In this document: positions 63,579 to 64,000 of the stretch, in pieces
How the letters are laid out: each line of letters opens with the position of its first letter
Position numbering within the stretch: position 1 is the first letter of the stretch
Assembly (NCBI GenBank): GCA_963796965.1
Contig: CAWCNS010000002.1
Coordinates: 1-64,000 of the forward strand
Origin: Calditrichia bacterium
GTDB lineage: Bacteria; Calditrichota; Calditrichia; JAJRVZ01
Direction: 5' to 3'
Length of the DNA: 64,000 nucleotides
The notes under the pieces: generated by a model
What the model was told of the DNA's origin: nothing
Database searches by the model: none
What the model saw: only the letters and a program-made list of their open reading frames with translations
Made by a program: the position numbers and the translations under genes

Positions 63579-64000
63579 TTATTGTCCATTCTGCAAAAGC
63601 AGGTTTATCAGCTCTCTCATTTCAATTTCAAAATCTTCAGGATTGGAAAATCCTTTTTGCTTCCTTTGAATCTTACCGTATTGATCGATAACAAATAATC
63701 GTGGCAAGGTTAATGCATCATACCTCTCTGCTGTTTTTTGGTAACGGTCTAAAAGAACAGGGATTTTTACATTGGCTTTCTGCAAAAATTTTGAAATTTT
63801 TTCTCTTTCCTCACCTACATCAATTAGAAAAAATTTGACCGGTTGCTCCTTGAATTCTTTTTGTAATTTTTCCAGGTGTGGGATTTCCTTTTTACAGGGT
63901 TCGCACCAGGTGGCAAAAAAACTAAGCACAACAACATGTTTTGTTTTATTCTTCCAGGGTTTGCGTAATTTCTCACCACAATAATCACGGAGTGAAATAT
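63579..64000 (-). CDS. TlpA/ResA-type thiol-disulfide oxidoreductase (5' end outside window)
   Basis: FFATWCEPCKKEIPHL and LPRLFVID. The frame stays open to the window edge. Confidence 0.9.
   Translation of the reverse strand, partial: ISLRDYCGEKLRKPWKNKTKHVVVLSFFATWCEPCKKEIPHLEKLQKEFKEQPVKFFLIDVGEEREKISKFLQKANVKIPVLLDRYQKTAERYDALTLPRLFVIDQYGKIQRKQKGFSNPEDFEIEMRELINLLLQNGQ

Noticed and set aside
109..63984. Numerous 60-195 aa ORFs antisense to or overlapping the called genes (e.g. 6464-7051, 14498-14953, 13836-14108, 3521-3778)
   Set aside because: Shadow ORFs with no RBS or recognisable motifs, overlapping well-supported genes or repeats.

Overview
A low-GC (about 37-38% by eye) bacterial chromosomal window, most consistent with an FCB-group organism such as Calditrichota. 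The clues are NYPNPFNP-type C-terminal sorting domains and a short RpoD-type sigma factor lacking region 1.1. Housekeeping genes include purD, cdsA, pyrG, carA-carB, pyrF, pyrE, deoB, a cyclophilin and an NCS2 permease. Accessory modules are: (1) a NUDIX-CYTH/CHAD-orphan ParA operon, a candidate polyphosphate-granule positioning system; (2) an in-frame fusion of the ribosome-rescue factor ArfB to a signal peptide and a GH84-like hydrolase; (3) a CarH/LitR B12 photoreceptor with readable 11-bp operator repeats, divergent from a DUF4397 lipoprotein and next to lipocalin and DUF523/1722 genes; (4) a second polyP-linked island with an SdiA-regulated propeller, a kinase-like/Omp85 fusion, a stand-alone Pycsar-type membrane effector facing a DUF2652 cyclase-like/START protein, sixA, ppk1 and a HAD phosphatase; (5) signalling genes preceded by sigma-28-like promoters. 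Nine single-base frameshifts break eight otherwise intact genes. Five lie at AGCT, which suggests long-read errors at a methylated motif rather than real pseudogenes. I saw no rRNA, tRNA, CRISPR array or transposase. All family calls come from motifs recognised by eye; no database search was run.
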